NCBI GenBank assembly: GCA_050613775.1
Contig: JBODTK010000129.1
Span: forward strand, 310,001 to 374,000
DNA: 64,000 bases
Direction of reading: 5' to 3'
From: Neocallimastix sp. 'constans'
Taxonomy: Eukaryota
Notes under the pieces: generated by a model
What the model was told of the DNA's origin: nothing
The model's database searches: none
What the model saw: the letters and a program-made list of their open reading frames with translations, nothing else
In this document: piece by piece, positions 24,846-40,328 of the stretch
Layout of the letters: every line of letters starts with the position of its first letter
Numbering within the stretch: the first letter of the stretch is position 1
Position numbers and translations under genes: made by a program

Positions 24846-25089
24846 TGTTAAATAGTCAAATTTGATGTGTTTTAATTATGTTAAACTTTATTATATGAAT
24901 ATTATAATACCAAGAGTACAAAAAGTTACGTAGAAGTTAACATTTGATTTACTATTACATAAATCTAAGACTATTTATACTAATAAAAGTAGCTTGGTTA
25001 TATATGATGAGATTATTCTATCATAAAATCTATTACTAATACATTAATCTTAATCACTAATTATTGCTAATATTTCACATATTCTAACA
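24846..25089 (-). mobile_element. Solo LTR related to the 18453 LTR, ATTAA TSD
   Basis: Minus strand starts TGTTAGAATATGTGAAAT (identical to 18453) and ends GACTATTTAACA. ATTAA at 24841-24845 and 25090-25094. Confidence 0.85.
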
Positions 25090-25102
25090 ATTAATATAAT
25101 AT

Positions 25103-25133
<31 letters not shown>

Positions 25134-26089
25134 ATTTTTTTAAAATTAAAAATAATTATTATATTATATTATATTATAAATTAATTAAATTTTATTAATA
25201 TAAACTATTATTATTAAATATTACTGCCTCAACTTAATCATCTTCATTATTTGTAATGAAGGTTTTCTATCATCCTTGTTGTAAAAGTTTTTTTTTTTTT
25301 ATTTTATTATTTTATTTTATTCTATTTTTTTTTTTTTATTATTATTATTTTATTTTATTTTTTTTAATTGATTGATTGATTGATTGAATAAAATAGTTCT
25401 TTCATTTCTTTTCATCTAAAAAAAAAAAAAAAAAAAGTGACATTATGTGATGCTGGAGTTTAATTCAATAGAGTAAGGTAGAATAAATTAATAATAATAA
25501 AATTTTTTCTTCTTATCTTTTTTTTTAGTTGTTATTCTCCTTCCTATAAATAAATTTTTAAATTTTTTTTTTTTTTTATATTCATTGTTATACTAATAAT
25601 ATTAATAATAATAATAAAAAGTGAATTAATATACCAGGAGTGAATGAAACTAAATCATTACTTCATTATTTTTATTTTATTATATTTATTTATTGAAAGA
25701 TGGAACCTAATAGGAAAGGTTTTTTTTTATTCATTTATTTATGAAATCTCTATAATTAATAAAATTATAATAATTAAAAATATAATAATAAAAATATAAT
25801 ATATTATATTATATAGTGATTTTTACATATATTTTAATATTGCTATGTATATTTTAATATTAATAAACACATTTTATAGAATATCATTTTCTTTTATTTT
25901 ATGATATCACTAACAATATAATAATATAAAAACTATATGTCTTCATTTTCCCTAATTTAAAATTAAAAAAAAAAAAAAAATTCTATATAAATTTTACAAT
26001 ATTAATATTTTAAGTTTTAATTTTATTTATTTTTAAAAATATTCCTTTTAGGGTTAATGTCATAGAATATATGTAAATTATTTAAATTA

Positions 26090-27400
26090 AATATAATAAA
26101 CAATTTTTACAGTATTTTCTCCAGTATAATAACTTTATTTAATAGTATTAATATAAAATATATAATAAGCTTTATTGGGATTTTTACTAAAAAAATAATA
26201 TAATAAACAAAATTTACAGTATTTTCTCCGGTATAATAACTTTATTTAATAATATTAATATAAATATATAATAAGCTTTATTGGGATTTTTACCAAAAAA
26301 AAAAAAGTAATAATCTACAATAAACCTTATTATATAATAAATAATAATATTATTAAATAATGTTAATATACCGGAGAAAATACTGTAAATTTTGTTTATT
26401 ATATTATTTTTTTTGGTAAAAATCCCAATAAAGATTACATATATTTTATATTAATACTATTAAATAAAGTTATTATACCGGAGAAAATACTGTAAAAAAA
26501 ATTTTTTTATTATATTTTAATTTTAATTAAATTGAAAATAATTTATTTTATATTTTAATTTTTTATTTATTTTGGTAAAAATTAAATAAAAAAAAAAATG
26601 AAAATTCACCATTTAAATAAAAAAAATTAATAATAACCTTTTATTTAATATATTATATTATTTTTACTTTTTAAATTAAAAAAACAAACCTTATTATATA
26701 ATATATCATAATATTATTAAATAAAGTTATTATACCGGAGAAAATACTGTAAAAAAAATCTTTTTATTATATTTTAATTTTAATTAAATTGATAATAATT
26801 TATTTTATATATTAATTTTTTATTTATTTTGGTAAAAATTAAAAAAAAATGAAAATTCACCATTTAAATAAAAAAAATTAATAATAAACTTTAAATTTAA
26901 TATATTATCTTATTTTGACTTTTTAATTTAATCCAAAAATAAACCTTATTATATAATATATCATAATATTATTAAATAAAGTTAGTATATCGGAGAAAAT
27001 ACTGTAAAAAAATTTTTTTATTATATTATAATTAAAATTGAAAATAATTTATTCCATATATTAATTTATTTTTATTTTAGTAAAAATTAAAAAAAAAAAA
27101 GAAAATTCTCCATTTAAATAAAAAAATTTAATAATAAACTTTATATTTAATATATTATCTTATTTTTACTTTTTAAATTTATCTAAAAAAAAACAAACCT
27201 TATTATATATTATATAATAATATTATTAAATATAGTTAGTGTATCGGAGAAAATACTGTAAAAAAAATTTTTATATTAAAATATTATAATTAAATTAAAT
27301 TAATTTTTTTTCTTTATTTTATTATAATAAAAATTAAAAAAATAAATAAGGAATAAATATATATTAACATTTAAAAAAATTCTCCAATTGAATAAAATTA
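26090..27400. repeat. Foldback plus tandem array built from a TA|CAGTATTTTCTCCGGTATAATAAC end motif (Tc1/mariner/pogo MITE-like)
   Basis: Motif starts at 26110 and 26217 (forward). Reverse-complement copies end at 26385, 26492, 26749, 27004 and 27258 (spacings 107, 257, 255, 254). Confidence 0.75.
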
Positions 27401-27604
27401 AAAAAAAAAAGTTTAATAATAAACTTTTATATAATATTATATACTTTAAAATTTATTATAATTAAGGTTATTTATTAAATAAAATTATTAATAAAAAAAA
27501 TAATAATAATAATAATTTAATAACATGAAGATTCGTATTAAGAAAGTAAACACAATAAACTAAAAAAAAAAAAAAAAAAAAAAAAAATTGCAACAAATTA
27601 ATAA

Positions 27605-27638
<34 letters not shown>

Positions 27639-27652
27639 CAACAAATTAATAA

Positions 27653-27686
<34 letters not shown>

Positions 27687-28279
27687 ATTAAACGTAATAT
27701 AATATTTTAATTTATTAAAAAAAAAAAAATATATATATATATATATATTTGTTATTAAATCTAATCATTAAAGCAAACATTAACTACACTCATTAAACCA
27801 AAATAACAATAAAATAAAAATATAATAATAATAATAATATTTAAAAAAAAAAAAAAATTAAAATCCTCTAAAAATAGGATTATTAAATTTGATATGATAA
27901 CACTAATAAAAAATTATTTAATAAAATATACATTTAGCAATAGATAAAGATTATTTATCATTAAATTATCATCAAATGCAAAATTTATTATTAATATTTA
28001 AAATAAAGGGAATACTCTAGTAGTTTAAGTCTTTTGAAAAAGAAGAAGAAGAAGAAGAAGAAGTATATATATTATATTATTAATAGTCTCACCGCCCTAC
28101 TCCTATGCTCATATAAAAATATTATAGAGAAAAACAAAAAATAATGACATTAAAAATTAATAAGAGAATAGATTAAAAAAAATAATAATAATAAAAATAA
28201 ATTGAAAAAATATTTTATTTTAAACAAGGGGCAAAGTTATATCAAATATTATAAAAAAAAATATATATATATATATTAT

Positions 28280-28323
<44 letters not shown>

Positions 28324-28338
28324 AAAAAAAATTATTAA

Positions 28339-28461
<123 letters not shown>

Positions 28462-28504
28462 ATTTATATTAATTTCAAAAATAGACAATATATATAGAAA
28501 TAAA

Positions 28505-28555
<51 letters not shown>

Positions 28556-28842
28556 AGCTATATAGATAGACTATAGTATAAAAAAATATGAAATATCAAT
28601 GATTAAGTCTTGATAGTATTAACATTTATAAATAATAATAATAATAATAAATTAATACTATTAATAATATTTTTTTTTAAAAAATTTAAAAAACATAAAT
28701 ATATTTAAATATAATCTCTAATTAAATAAAAATAAAAATAAAAAAAAAAAAATTAGTTTCCTATTTTATTACATTAAATTTCAATTTTTTTTTTTTTTTT
28801 TTTTATTATTAATTGTTAACATTTTTTGTAATAAAAAGTTTA

Positions 28843-28873
<31 letters not shown>

Positions 28874-28938
28874 GAAAAGAAATAGAAATTTAAAAAGAAT
28901 AAATATAATTTTATTTTAAAACTTTTTATTATTATTAC

Positions 28939-28978
<40 letters not shown>

Positions 28979-29028
28979 TTCATATAAATAATTAGTATCA
29001 ACAATTTATCTATTGATATTTTATTAAT

Positions 29029-29059
<31 letters not shown>

Positions 29060-30330
29060 GGACTAATTAAAATAATAAACAATAATATCTAAATTATTTA
29101 AAATATGAATTTATCCTCATTTATTAAAAAAGGGATAAATTTTATTAAATTATGACTATTTTATATATATATATAACATTAATAAATTAAATATAATTTC
29201 ACTTATTAAACTATTTTTTTTTTATGACCTTTATAAAATAATAATAAATAATAAATAATATAAAAAAAAAAGTCTATATATTTATATTTATATTTATTAT
29301 TTTATATATCAAATGATTTTCAATTTTTTTTTTTTTTTTTTTTTTAATGATATGATTATCCTATATAAACGGATTATCTTAAAAATATATATATATATAT
29401 TGAGAATTTAATTATTTTTAATAAAAATGTGTTTTAACGTATTAATATAATATATATTAATTTAATTTATTATTAAAATTTTATTATTAAAATTAATTTT
29501 TTTTTTTTTTTTTTTATTAATCATAATTAATATTTCATTAGTATTTAAAATAAAAATTTAATTATCATAAACTCATTAATTAAATTTAAATAAATAAAAT
29601 ATAATAAAAAAAATATAAAAAATTAAAAAAATAAAAAAAATTCTATAAATTCTATATATTCTCTATTACTATATATATTAAATGTTTTGAATCAATGTTT
29701 TATGTTTATTAAAAAAAAAAAGTTTAAATAATATATTTTTAAAAAAAAAATTAATTTCAAATTTAAATTATTTTTTTTTTAATATATAGAAAATATATTA
29801 TTTAATATTAATATAACAATAATAAAAATAAAAAATTTTAATATATATCATAAAAAAAAAAAAAGATGTAAATATATATTATAAATATATATTTTTTAAT
29901 TATGGTTAATTTTTTATTATATATTATTTTTATTTTATTTTTTATTTTTTTATTTTTTTTTTTTTTTAGTATAATATGACTATTAAAAAATTTCTCTATT
30001 ATGAATAAAACGTTTTTTTTATTTAAAAAAAAATATATATGTATTATTTATATATTATATAAAATTATAACAGTATAATATTATAAAAATTAAAAATAAG
30101 AATAAAAATATAAATTATTAAAATTAAGTATAAATGATTATATTTATAATATATTTTAAAAATAAAAATACAAAAAAATAATTATTTGTAAAAAACGACT
30201 TAAATTATAATTATACATTAATATGAAATATATTTTTTTTAATTGATAAGTTGTATTAATAAAAAAAAGAAATGCTTTTATTCGACTATTTTATTTTTCC
30301 ATTATTATCAATTTAACTTATTTATTTTAT

Positions 30331-33300
30331 TTATTTATTAAGAATATAATTTAAGTTTGTACGTTCTTCTTTCATATGTTGTGAAGTAAGATTATTTATT
30401 GAAAAATAAGTAGATTTCGCGTTATAATAATTTTGAGGATTTGGGTTTGTTGATGGTATCATATGAGCTTGCATATTACCAGAAGCAGAAATATTTGATT
30501 GATTACCATTAATATTATAGGTCATATTTTGTGGAGTAGTCATCATATAAGATGTACTATTTTGATTTTTCATTCCAATGGATGGCATATTATTGGAATA
30601 AATATAGGAGGGTTGTTCTTGATTTTGACCTTGATATGTGGTAGACGGGTTATTAGATGGATTTACATTATATATAGGATTTTGTTGAGCTTGAGGATGA
30701 TTTACGTATGTTGTTGTACCTCCTTGAATATTTGTTGAAGTAGTATATATTATATTGGTTTGTTGATTTTGAACTTGATTTTGATTTTGATTATTAGGAG
30801 TACTAGTTGTATAAATTACTTGTGGATTTTGTGAAGATTGTTGAGTAATAATATTAGTAGGTTGTGGTTGTGGATTATATATGATTTGTTGATGTTGATT
30901 TTGATTTGAGCCATGTGCTGGTGTGGAATAAACCTGATAAGTATTTGATAATGGCTGTTGTGGACCTTGAGTTTGAGTAGTTTGTTGAGTAAACATATTA
31001 TTTTGATTTGGGTAATAGGTTTGTTGTTGTGGATTAGCATAAACATTTACAACATTTTCTTGTAAAGTAGTAGCTTTAGCGCTTAGTTGAGGTTGTGCTT
31101 GGGCTTGAGTTTCCGTAGGTGAAGGTGTTGGTGTAACGGTTTGAATTGGTCCCATATTATTATTTTTAGTAAAAGTATTATTATTTATCACTGAAGATGA
31201 ATGTATTGGAGTAATTTGTTGTATAGGTTGAGTTGTTTGTAAAACAATAGAGGAATATTGAATTGGCATACTAATATTTGGGGCTTGATTTTCAGTTTGA
31301 ACTACTTGAGTAATAGCATTTGAAGATGCCTGTCCTTGTTGAGATGATTGTTGATTTTGTGGATTAGAATAAATACTTTGACTATTGATCATAGTTGGTG
31401 ATGAAGTTACAATTACAGAGCATTGAGGTTGTGATTGAACTTGGGTTTGAACTTGAAGCATATTTGGACTATTAACAATTTGAGCCTGAGCTGGAGCTTG
31501 TGTCTGAACTGGTGATGGAGTTGGAGTTGGAAGTTGTGATGAAATTACAGTTATGGTATTTGATTGTGCAGAGGTATTATAATTTTCATTATATAGAGTA
31601 GGAGATGATATGGTCATTGAAGTATTATAATTTTTAGATACCGTTTGAATTTGTGAGGTTTGAGTAATGCGTTGAGGAGTAGTATTTGACATTGGAGAAT
31701 CGTTGGTATAACTTGGAAACATTTGAATAGGTCTTTGATCCACAGAAGTAAATGTTCCTTGTTGTATACTATAGGTAGGATTTGGTGATTGAGAAACGAC
31801 TGAACCATGCTTTGTAACTTCTTGTATCATAGGTGATTGTGATTGAGGAGTTAAAGGTTGTGGTTGTACAGTAGTATTATAAGTTGGTGCATTTACGATT
31901 GATGAATTTGAATTTACAACAGTAGGACTAGTAATAACTGTATTATTCCTTGGTATACATTGAATAGTATTTTGTGGTAAAGTTACTATAGTATTTGTTA
32001 CTGCTGTTGGAACAGATGGTTGAGTATTACTAATAACATTTAATCCATTATTGTTAGCTATAGTATTACTAGTCGTATTAGTCGTATTAGTAGTAGTAAT
32101 AGTAGTATTTAACTTTGCACTTGGAACAATATCTACGGTATTCTTTAAAGACATAGATGGTGATGCTTTTTTAGTATTAAATTCATTACCTTGACTAACT
32201 TTTGTATTATTATTGATATCTTTATATTTTATATTAGAAGTTGGTATTGGTATATTAGCATTAGTAATATAAGATGAGGTTTCATTTTTCTTTTGAATTT
32301 CTAATTTTATTTCCTTTAAAGAACCCTCAGATTCACTTTCAGTATTAATCTTTTTCTTTTCATCTTTGGAAACTTTTTGCATTTTATTTGAAGATTGTTT
32401 CTTATTTCCCTTTCTTTTTTTCTTACCAGCTGCGGCTTCTTCAACTTCTTTCATAGATATTATACCTTGTTTTATCATATCATTCCAAACACTTGCTACT
32501 AATGCACTATTAATACTTGTCAATCTATCACCAGCACTTTCAAGTACTTTTGACCATAACATTTTCATATGTTTTGGTATCTTAGCATGTTGCTTTAATG
32601 TTCTACATAATCTATTATTTATTAATTATTTATATATATATATATATATTTATAATTATAAATTTATTAATTTAAAATGTTTAATATAAATATAAATAAT
32701 TAAAATTTACTTTAATCTTACCTTTCATGTGATGGTTGATATTTAAATTCATCTAATTGTTTCAATACAGCAGCTATTTATCGAAATTTATACAATTTAA
32801 TAATTAGAATTCATATTAAATTTAAAATTTTTTTTAATTTTTTAAATATATAATTATATATATTTATTTATAAACTTACCAGCATCTAAAAAACGGTATA
32901 CCTCTAAATATTTTAATCAAGCATTTTTATTAAAATTATAATATAAAAAAAAATTTTTTTTTTTAATAATTTTATCTTTTAACAATCTAATATTATTTTA
33001 ATATAAAATATTTTATTATGTTATGTTATATATATATCCATAAGACTTACGAGCTCTATAAAAAAAAAATATATACATATTAAAATTTATAGAAAATTAA
33101 TTAATAAAAAATTTTAAATATATAAATATATTATATTATTTTTAATAAATATTTTAAATAATTATTATACCTTGAGATCTTCCACTTTCTTCTAAAATAA
33201 TCTTCTAAAGTTGGATCGGTAGCTTTATATAATTTCTTACTACATATATCATATGCACCCATTACAGTTCTTTTGAATTTTTCTTGCTTTTTTATATATT

Positions 33301-33494
33301 CCTCTCTATTAAATTAACAAAAAAAAAACAAATCAATACTATTTCTTTACTATTTTAAAAATGAAAATTTAAATATAAACGATAGCACTTAAAACATACT
33401 GATTAGCTGTATTAATAGCTTCTGTAGAGAGATCCAGTGAAGACTCGGCTACTTTTAAATTATATGCTACACTGACTTTTTCCATTGTTGTCAT
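30331..33494 (-). CDS. 6-exon gene, ~863 aa: N-terminal putative DNA-binding domain, basic NLS-like segment and long Q/N/T/S/P-rich tail (putative transcription factor)
   Basis: Exons 33494-33400, 33305-33171, 33055-33051, 32903-32880, 32773-32722 and 32611-30331, all GT-AG, joining in one frame: MTTMEKVSVAYNLKVAESSLDLSTEAINTANQEEYIKKQEKFKRTVMGAYDICSKKLYKATDPTLEDYFRRKWKISRAQVYRFLDAAAVLKQLDEFKYQPSHERLCRTLKQHAKIPKHMKMLWSKVL... Confidence 0.85.
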
Positions 33495-36400
33495 TTTTAT
33501 TTTTATTTATTGCTTTTTTAAAAAAATTTTATATTTTTTATTATAAAAGTTCTATTGATAAAATAATAATTTTTTTTATAAAGTATGGCTTAACTTATTA
33601 CGAATTTTTCATATTTTAGATATTGGTTATTATTATATTAACAATAAAAAACTAGTGTATATAATTTTAATAGTTTTTTTTTTTCAAAATTTCACTGATA
33701 AATTTTTATTATTGTTATTATTAAAAGTTTGTATAGAACTTCCCTGATAGTAATAATTTTAATATTCTTATATTTATAATTTTTATCTAATTAATTTATA
33801 ATATTATAATTCAAATATAATAATTTTTTTTATATACAAGTAATATTTTTGAATTATCAATATATAAATTTGTTTATATTTATGTTAAATTAATAGTTTT
33901 AGTCTGTATATTAATTTTTTTTTTTTTTTTTTTTACAAAAAAGATGTTGTCATATATTATAAAAAAAGATAATTAAAAATTATTTTTTAAAAAAAAAAAA
34001 TAGAAATTTAAATTTAAAAGAAAAATATTAAATATTCCAATAATATTAATTTTTATTATTTTATTTGAAAATTTTTTACAAATATTTAAATTAATAATAC
34101 TGAAATTTAGTTTTAACAATTTAATTACAATTTAATAAAAAAACGAACTTCTAAAAAAAATATATATATATATAAAATTATTAACTTTCCCTTAATTTAA
34201 AAAAAATTCATTCAAAAAATTTTTAACCGAAATTTAATATTTATATAAAAAAATTTCATAATATAATAAAAAAATATATTATATTAAAATATATCTTTAC
34301 TATAAAGGAATATATATAGATAGACACTAAAATAAATGGAAATTTATTAAACTGTATTTATTATAAATATATGTACAATATAATATAAATATATTATTTT
34401 TTATTTACACTAAAAACTAAAGTTGTATTAATTTAAATGTTATAATACATAATAATATATAATGTATTAATTTCACATATATATATTTTTTTTTAATTTT
34501 AAATTGTTTTTCATATATTATTTTCATATATTATATATTATTAAATTTTTAATTATTTAAATTTTATATTTCTTATAGTTTAAAGGTCATGATATACTTT
34601 TTTTTTTTATTTATTATGATTTATAATTTTTTATTTATTATTTACTTATTTATTATTTACTATTTACTATTTATTATTATTATTTGTTTGTTTGTTATTT
34701 GTTGTTTATTATTTATTATTCATTATATACTATTTACTATTTACTATTTGCTATTTATTAGTTATTATTTATTCTTTATTATTTATTATTTCCTTCTTCT
34801 CATTTATTATTTATTATTTATTTATTATTAGTTATTTGTTATTTATATATATATTCATTTATTTGTAATTCATGATTTACGATTTATAAGTTATGATTCA
34901 ATATTAAATAGTATTCATATTGTTTATTTCTTTAATTATGTAATATATTAACATTTCCAATTTTCAATTTCATTTAAAATAAACTGTGAAAAGGATTGTT
35001 TAGTCATCTATATTAATCAATATAAAAAAAAATAATTCTATTTCATAAAATAAAAATAAATATATAAATAAATATAAACAATAAAATAAAACTATTAAAT
35101 AATAAATTCTATAAAAAAAAAATAATAAAAATAAAAAATAAAAAAGCTTATCGTATATTAATAACTCTAAAAAAAAAACAGATATTAATATACTTTAGTT
35201 CTATTTTAAAAAGTATCACAATTAACTACGTATTTCTTATGATTAAAGTTATTACTATCATCCTTTTTTTTTTTTTTATTTTAATTATTTAAATAAAAAA
35301 AAAAAATTAATAATAATTATTATTATTTTTTTTTTAATTTGCATGCATATTATTTTTGTGTCACCTTATCTCTATTTTATCACATTTTATCTATATTATA
35401 TTCAATCAATTCTTATGTCTTAATAAATATATATTTATATTAATTTTTTTGGTACAATACAGGTTTCATAATAAATAAAAAAAAACAAAAAAAAATTACA
35501 TACATCTGAATAATACTATTAATATACATATTTCTTAGTTTTTAAACATTAATCTATATTATATAATATATTAAATTATAATATAATATATTATTTGATT
35601 TTATTTACCTTTATATTGTATTGTTTTATTCTATTTATTTTTATAAAAGTATATCATAATATAATGTAATAAATTAACTATTATATTATATCTATAGAAC
35701 ATACACTTAAATTTCATTTAATAACATAACCGTTATTAAATTGTAATAAATAAATAAATAATAAAGTTAAGTAAAAAAAATCTTTTTAATATAATTGAAA
35801 TAATTTCATTTATTATATTAAAATAATAAATTAATATATTTTTTAATAAAATAGGATATATAAATGATAGATATATTATTGAACTATAATTTAAAATAAA
35901 TTAAATATATTAAAGGTAAATTAATATAATAATTAATATAATATATTGAAATAAATCATAATAAAATTATATAATTAATATATTATTAGTTATATGATAC
36001 AGGTTCAATTTTTTTAAATTATAAAATTAATATACGGAAATGTAGTTTATCAATAATTTAGAATATAAAGTTTTTTAATAGAAATATATTTAATTGATTT
36101 ATTTATAATATATGTTTCATATATAAAAATATATTTTATCAATAATTTATAATATAAAGTTTATTTTTATAAATTTATTGGACTAAACTATAATAAGTTC
36201 ATATATTAAAATATATTTCATCAATAATTTAATATATATATTTTCAATACAACAAATATATAAATGTATTTATCCTATTTATTATGATTATGAGGTTTAT
36301 ATATGTAAATCTTTTCATCAATTCTTTTTGAAATATATTAAAAATAAAAAAATTTTTTTTATTAATAATATTTATTTATTATTATAATTATCATTATTTC

Positions 36401-37080
36401 TTTTTTTTTTTTTAACCAAACTTAAATTAAAAAAAAACAAGAATTTATATTAAAAAAAAAAAAAAAATTATATTTCAAGATTATATATATATTTTAAAAA
36501 AATAATAATAATAATAATAAGTAAATGAATTAATAAATAATAATGAAAAGAAGCTTATTAAATCTATTGGATTAAATTTTAATTAATTGACAATTAATAA
36601 ATTAAAAAAAAAAAAAAAATTCTTGTAAATTATTTATTTCATATTAGCTTCAATACTCATCCTTCATATGTTGAAAAGGAATTTTATAATAAAAAATTAT
36701 TTATATATATCATACACAGTAAATGATACAATCATTTATTATTATATATATTATTATACTTAATAAGATTAATAAAAAAAAAAATTCATAATTAAATAAT
36801 TATTTTTTTTAATAAAAAGAAAAAAATATGAGATGGTTTTAATTAAGAATATATAATATAAATTATAAAAAATATGAACTCTACATAAGATCAGTAAAGA
36901 GTAATTTGAACTTTTCATGAATTTTTAAAAGTACTATATATAGATACAAAAAGCAAAGAAAATATCATCATTTTGATTTACAATAAAATTACTCTGATAT
37001 TTGGACCATATAGCATTATTAATCATTATAATTTTATATATATAGATAAGAATATAAATAATTTGTATTTTATTATAATA

Positions 37081-37126
<46 letters not shown>

Positions 37127-38475
37127 CTATAAATTTATGTATATTTATTTGTATATATATCCCTATAATAAAGTTTTTTAAAAATTTTTAATAGGTATTA
37201 ATAATAACCATATTAAGAAATCTGTCCATTATATTATAATAATTATTTTATAATATTGTATTATATATAATTTGTTTTAAATCCAAAGTATAAAAGTGTT
37301 AACCATAATGATACAAATAAGTACAAAGTATTTAATGTTAATTATTACATATAATTATACTAACATAAAACATTAATTATAAAATTACAAATATTCATCA
37401 TAATATTTATACTAGAATAATTACTAATAATAACAATACTAAAAGAATATTAAAAATTTAATATTAAATCTATTTTAATTGTTGTGTTAAGAAATAATAT
37501 ATATATATATATAATAATATTTATATTAATTATCAACCATAAATTTCAAATTCTATCAACCTAGTCAAATATTAATATTAAATGACATAATATCTCTATT
37601 ATTCATTATTAAATTATATTAAATGTTTAAATAAAAAAAAAGTTATATATATTATAAATGCTTATACAAATTATTATTATTTTCATTGAAGGTATCAAAA
37701 TTAATATAAAAAAAAAATAAAATGATATTAAACTAATATTTAATACTGAGTAATATATTTAACGTATCTATAAATAGTTTATATATACATTAAATAGTTT
37801 ATATACACATTAAATAGTTAATTTAAATAGATTAAAAGTAATAACCACAATATTTTTTAATAATAGATATACTTTTTTAAATTTTTTAATTTTTTATTTT
37901 TTATTTTTTATTTTTCAAAAAATAAATAAATTTTAAAAACATATTAAATTATAACTAATGATTATAAATCAATAAATATTAAATCATAATAATAATAATA
38001 ATAATAAATTGAAATTAATTAACATCATTGGATTGACTATAATGTATTATTTATGTTATCAATATATTATAACTATACTGATAAAATATATTACATTAAA
38101 TGATATCGGTTAATATATCATTTTTATAATTTAAACCAAAAATTTAGGATAAAAATTGTACATCAAACAAAAAAGAGAGAATAATAGTTAAAAAAAAAAG
38201 AAAAAAGTTGCCGTTTAAATAATTTGGTAATATGAATCATTATATTTACATTTAAGCCAATAATTTTTAAATATAATATATGTATTGATACATAAAATAA
38301 ATTAAAAAATAAATTTTTTTTTCTATAATTTTTTTAAAAAAAGTTTATTTTATTTCTATAATTATAACTTTAATTATTTTATTTCTATAATTATAACTTT
38401 AATAAATAAATAGAAGAAAATAAAATAAAAAAACATTAAATTACTCTGATATTTAAATATTATTTTATTTAATTA

Positions 38476-38508
<33 letters not shown>

Positions 38509-40288
38509 CATATTTCTTAATCTTATTTAATATATCTAAAATAAATATATTAAATAGTAAAACTACTTTTTCATTTTTGGAAATATTTTGTTTAAAATAA
38601 CAAATGAGAAAATATATAATTAAAAATAACCTTTCAATGATAATATTCATATTTTTATATTATTTTAAAGTACTTCATTAAGACCTAGTTAATTGAAATT
38701 ATCCTTTCATATTCATGTTCAACTAACAATTAAATGAAGAGTTAGTAATTAAAAATTTAATTATAAAAAAAAAATTAAAATCTATATATATTAAAACTGT
38801 AATATTAATTAAAAGGTTTCTCTTTTCTCTGTTTTTCTTTTTTCTCTTCTCCCTTTTTTTTTTTTTTTTTTTTTATTATTATTATTTTTTAATAAATAAT
38901 AATAATAAATGTTTTCTTTTAACTATTCTTCTTCTATTTATGAATTTTTATGAATTGATATTATAATTATTAATTTAAATTCATAAAATAAAAAAAAAAA
39001 ATCAAATACATTATATTTTAATAAAAAGTGTTAATGTATCCTTATCATATCAGATTCATTGTTTATTTGTTAATATTCGATATATTATATTTAATTTGAT
39101 TTAATTAAAAAAAAAACAATTTAATATTAATTATTTTTATTTTAATTAGTATTTTAATTAGTATTTCTTATATTATGATAATTTGTAATAATATAGACTA
39201 TCATTTGATATATCATTAAAATTAAATATTAGAAAGAATTCAAAAAATAAATAATAATAATAATAATATTTGCCAAAAAATATATATTAAAAATACCATA
39301 GAATAGAATAGAATTGAATATATATATGTATTGGAGAGGTTTTCATTTCATTTTTTATACTAATTTATACATTTTTTATATATATATAGTTTTGATACAT
39401 TTTTTTAGTTTACACAACATTTAAAATTCTATTTATTTATTTAGTTATTTATTTATTTAGTTATTTTTAATAAAACTTATTAAATAATATATTATTATTA
39501 AAAATCGAATTACCAATATAATGAAAGTTTATTTAATTTTTATTAATAAATAAAATTTATAATTTAATTTACTTAAAATTAACTTTATATTTATTTTGGG
39601 TTTAATTTATTTTCTTAAAAAAAAAAAAAAAAAGAATAACTATTTATTGGTTCATAAAAAATGTAGCCATTAATATTATTGACTTTAAAATATTGGCATT
39701 AATTAAAAAAACTGTTTCATGTTCAACATACAAAAAAATTTTTTTTTTTTTTTTATTTTTTAAAAAAATTTCAGTTAATTACAATAAAAGTATGAACTTT
39801 ATAAAAAAAATTCATATCTACTCATAATAGAAATAGTATTTCCTTAATTATACTTTACCCTATGGATTTTAAAGTTAATATTTCTAAATGAAACAATTAT
39901 TTTAAATGTGACAATTATTTTAATCATCATAATAATTACTAATGATGTAGTAATGATAAATTAAGCTAATATACTAAAACTTTTTTCAATTCTTAAATAC
40001 GAATAATTTTAAAAATATCATAATTAAATTGATAATTTATTTATCATTAGAAAAACAATCCTAAAAACAATATAAAATTTTTTTATATTTTCTTTAAAAT
40101 AATAATTTAATTAATAAATATTTAAGTAATATTATTATCCATATTTTATTACTTTTAGAAATAAAAAGACTAAATAAAAATATATTATAGGCTTTTATTA
40201 TTATTATTAGCTGTATTGTACTCCAATAAAGAAATTAATAAATTATTTTTTTTTATCATTTATATATTTATTTATTATTTATATATTT

Positions 40289-40328
<40 letters not shown>

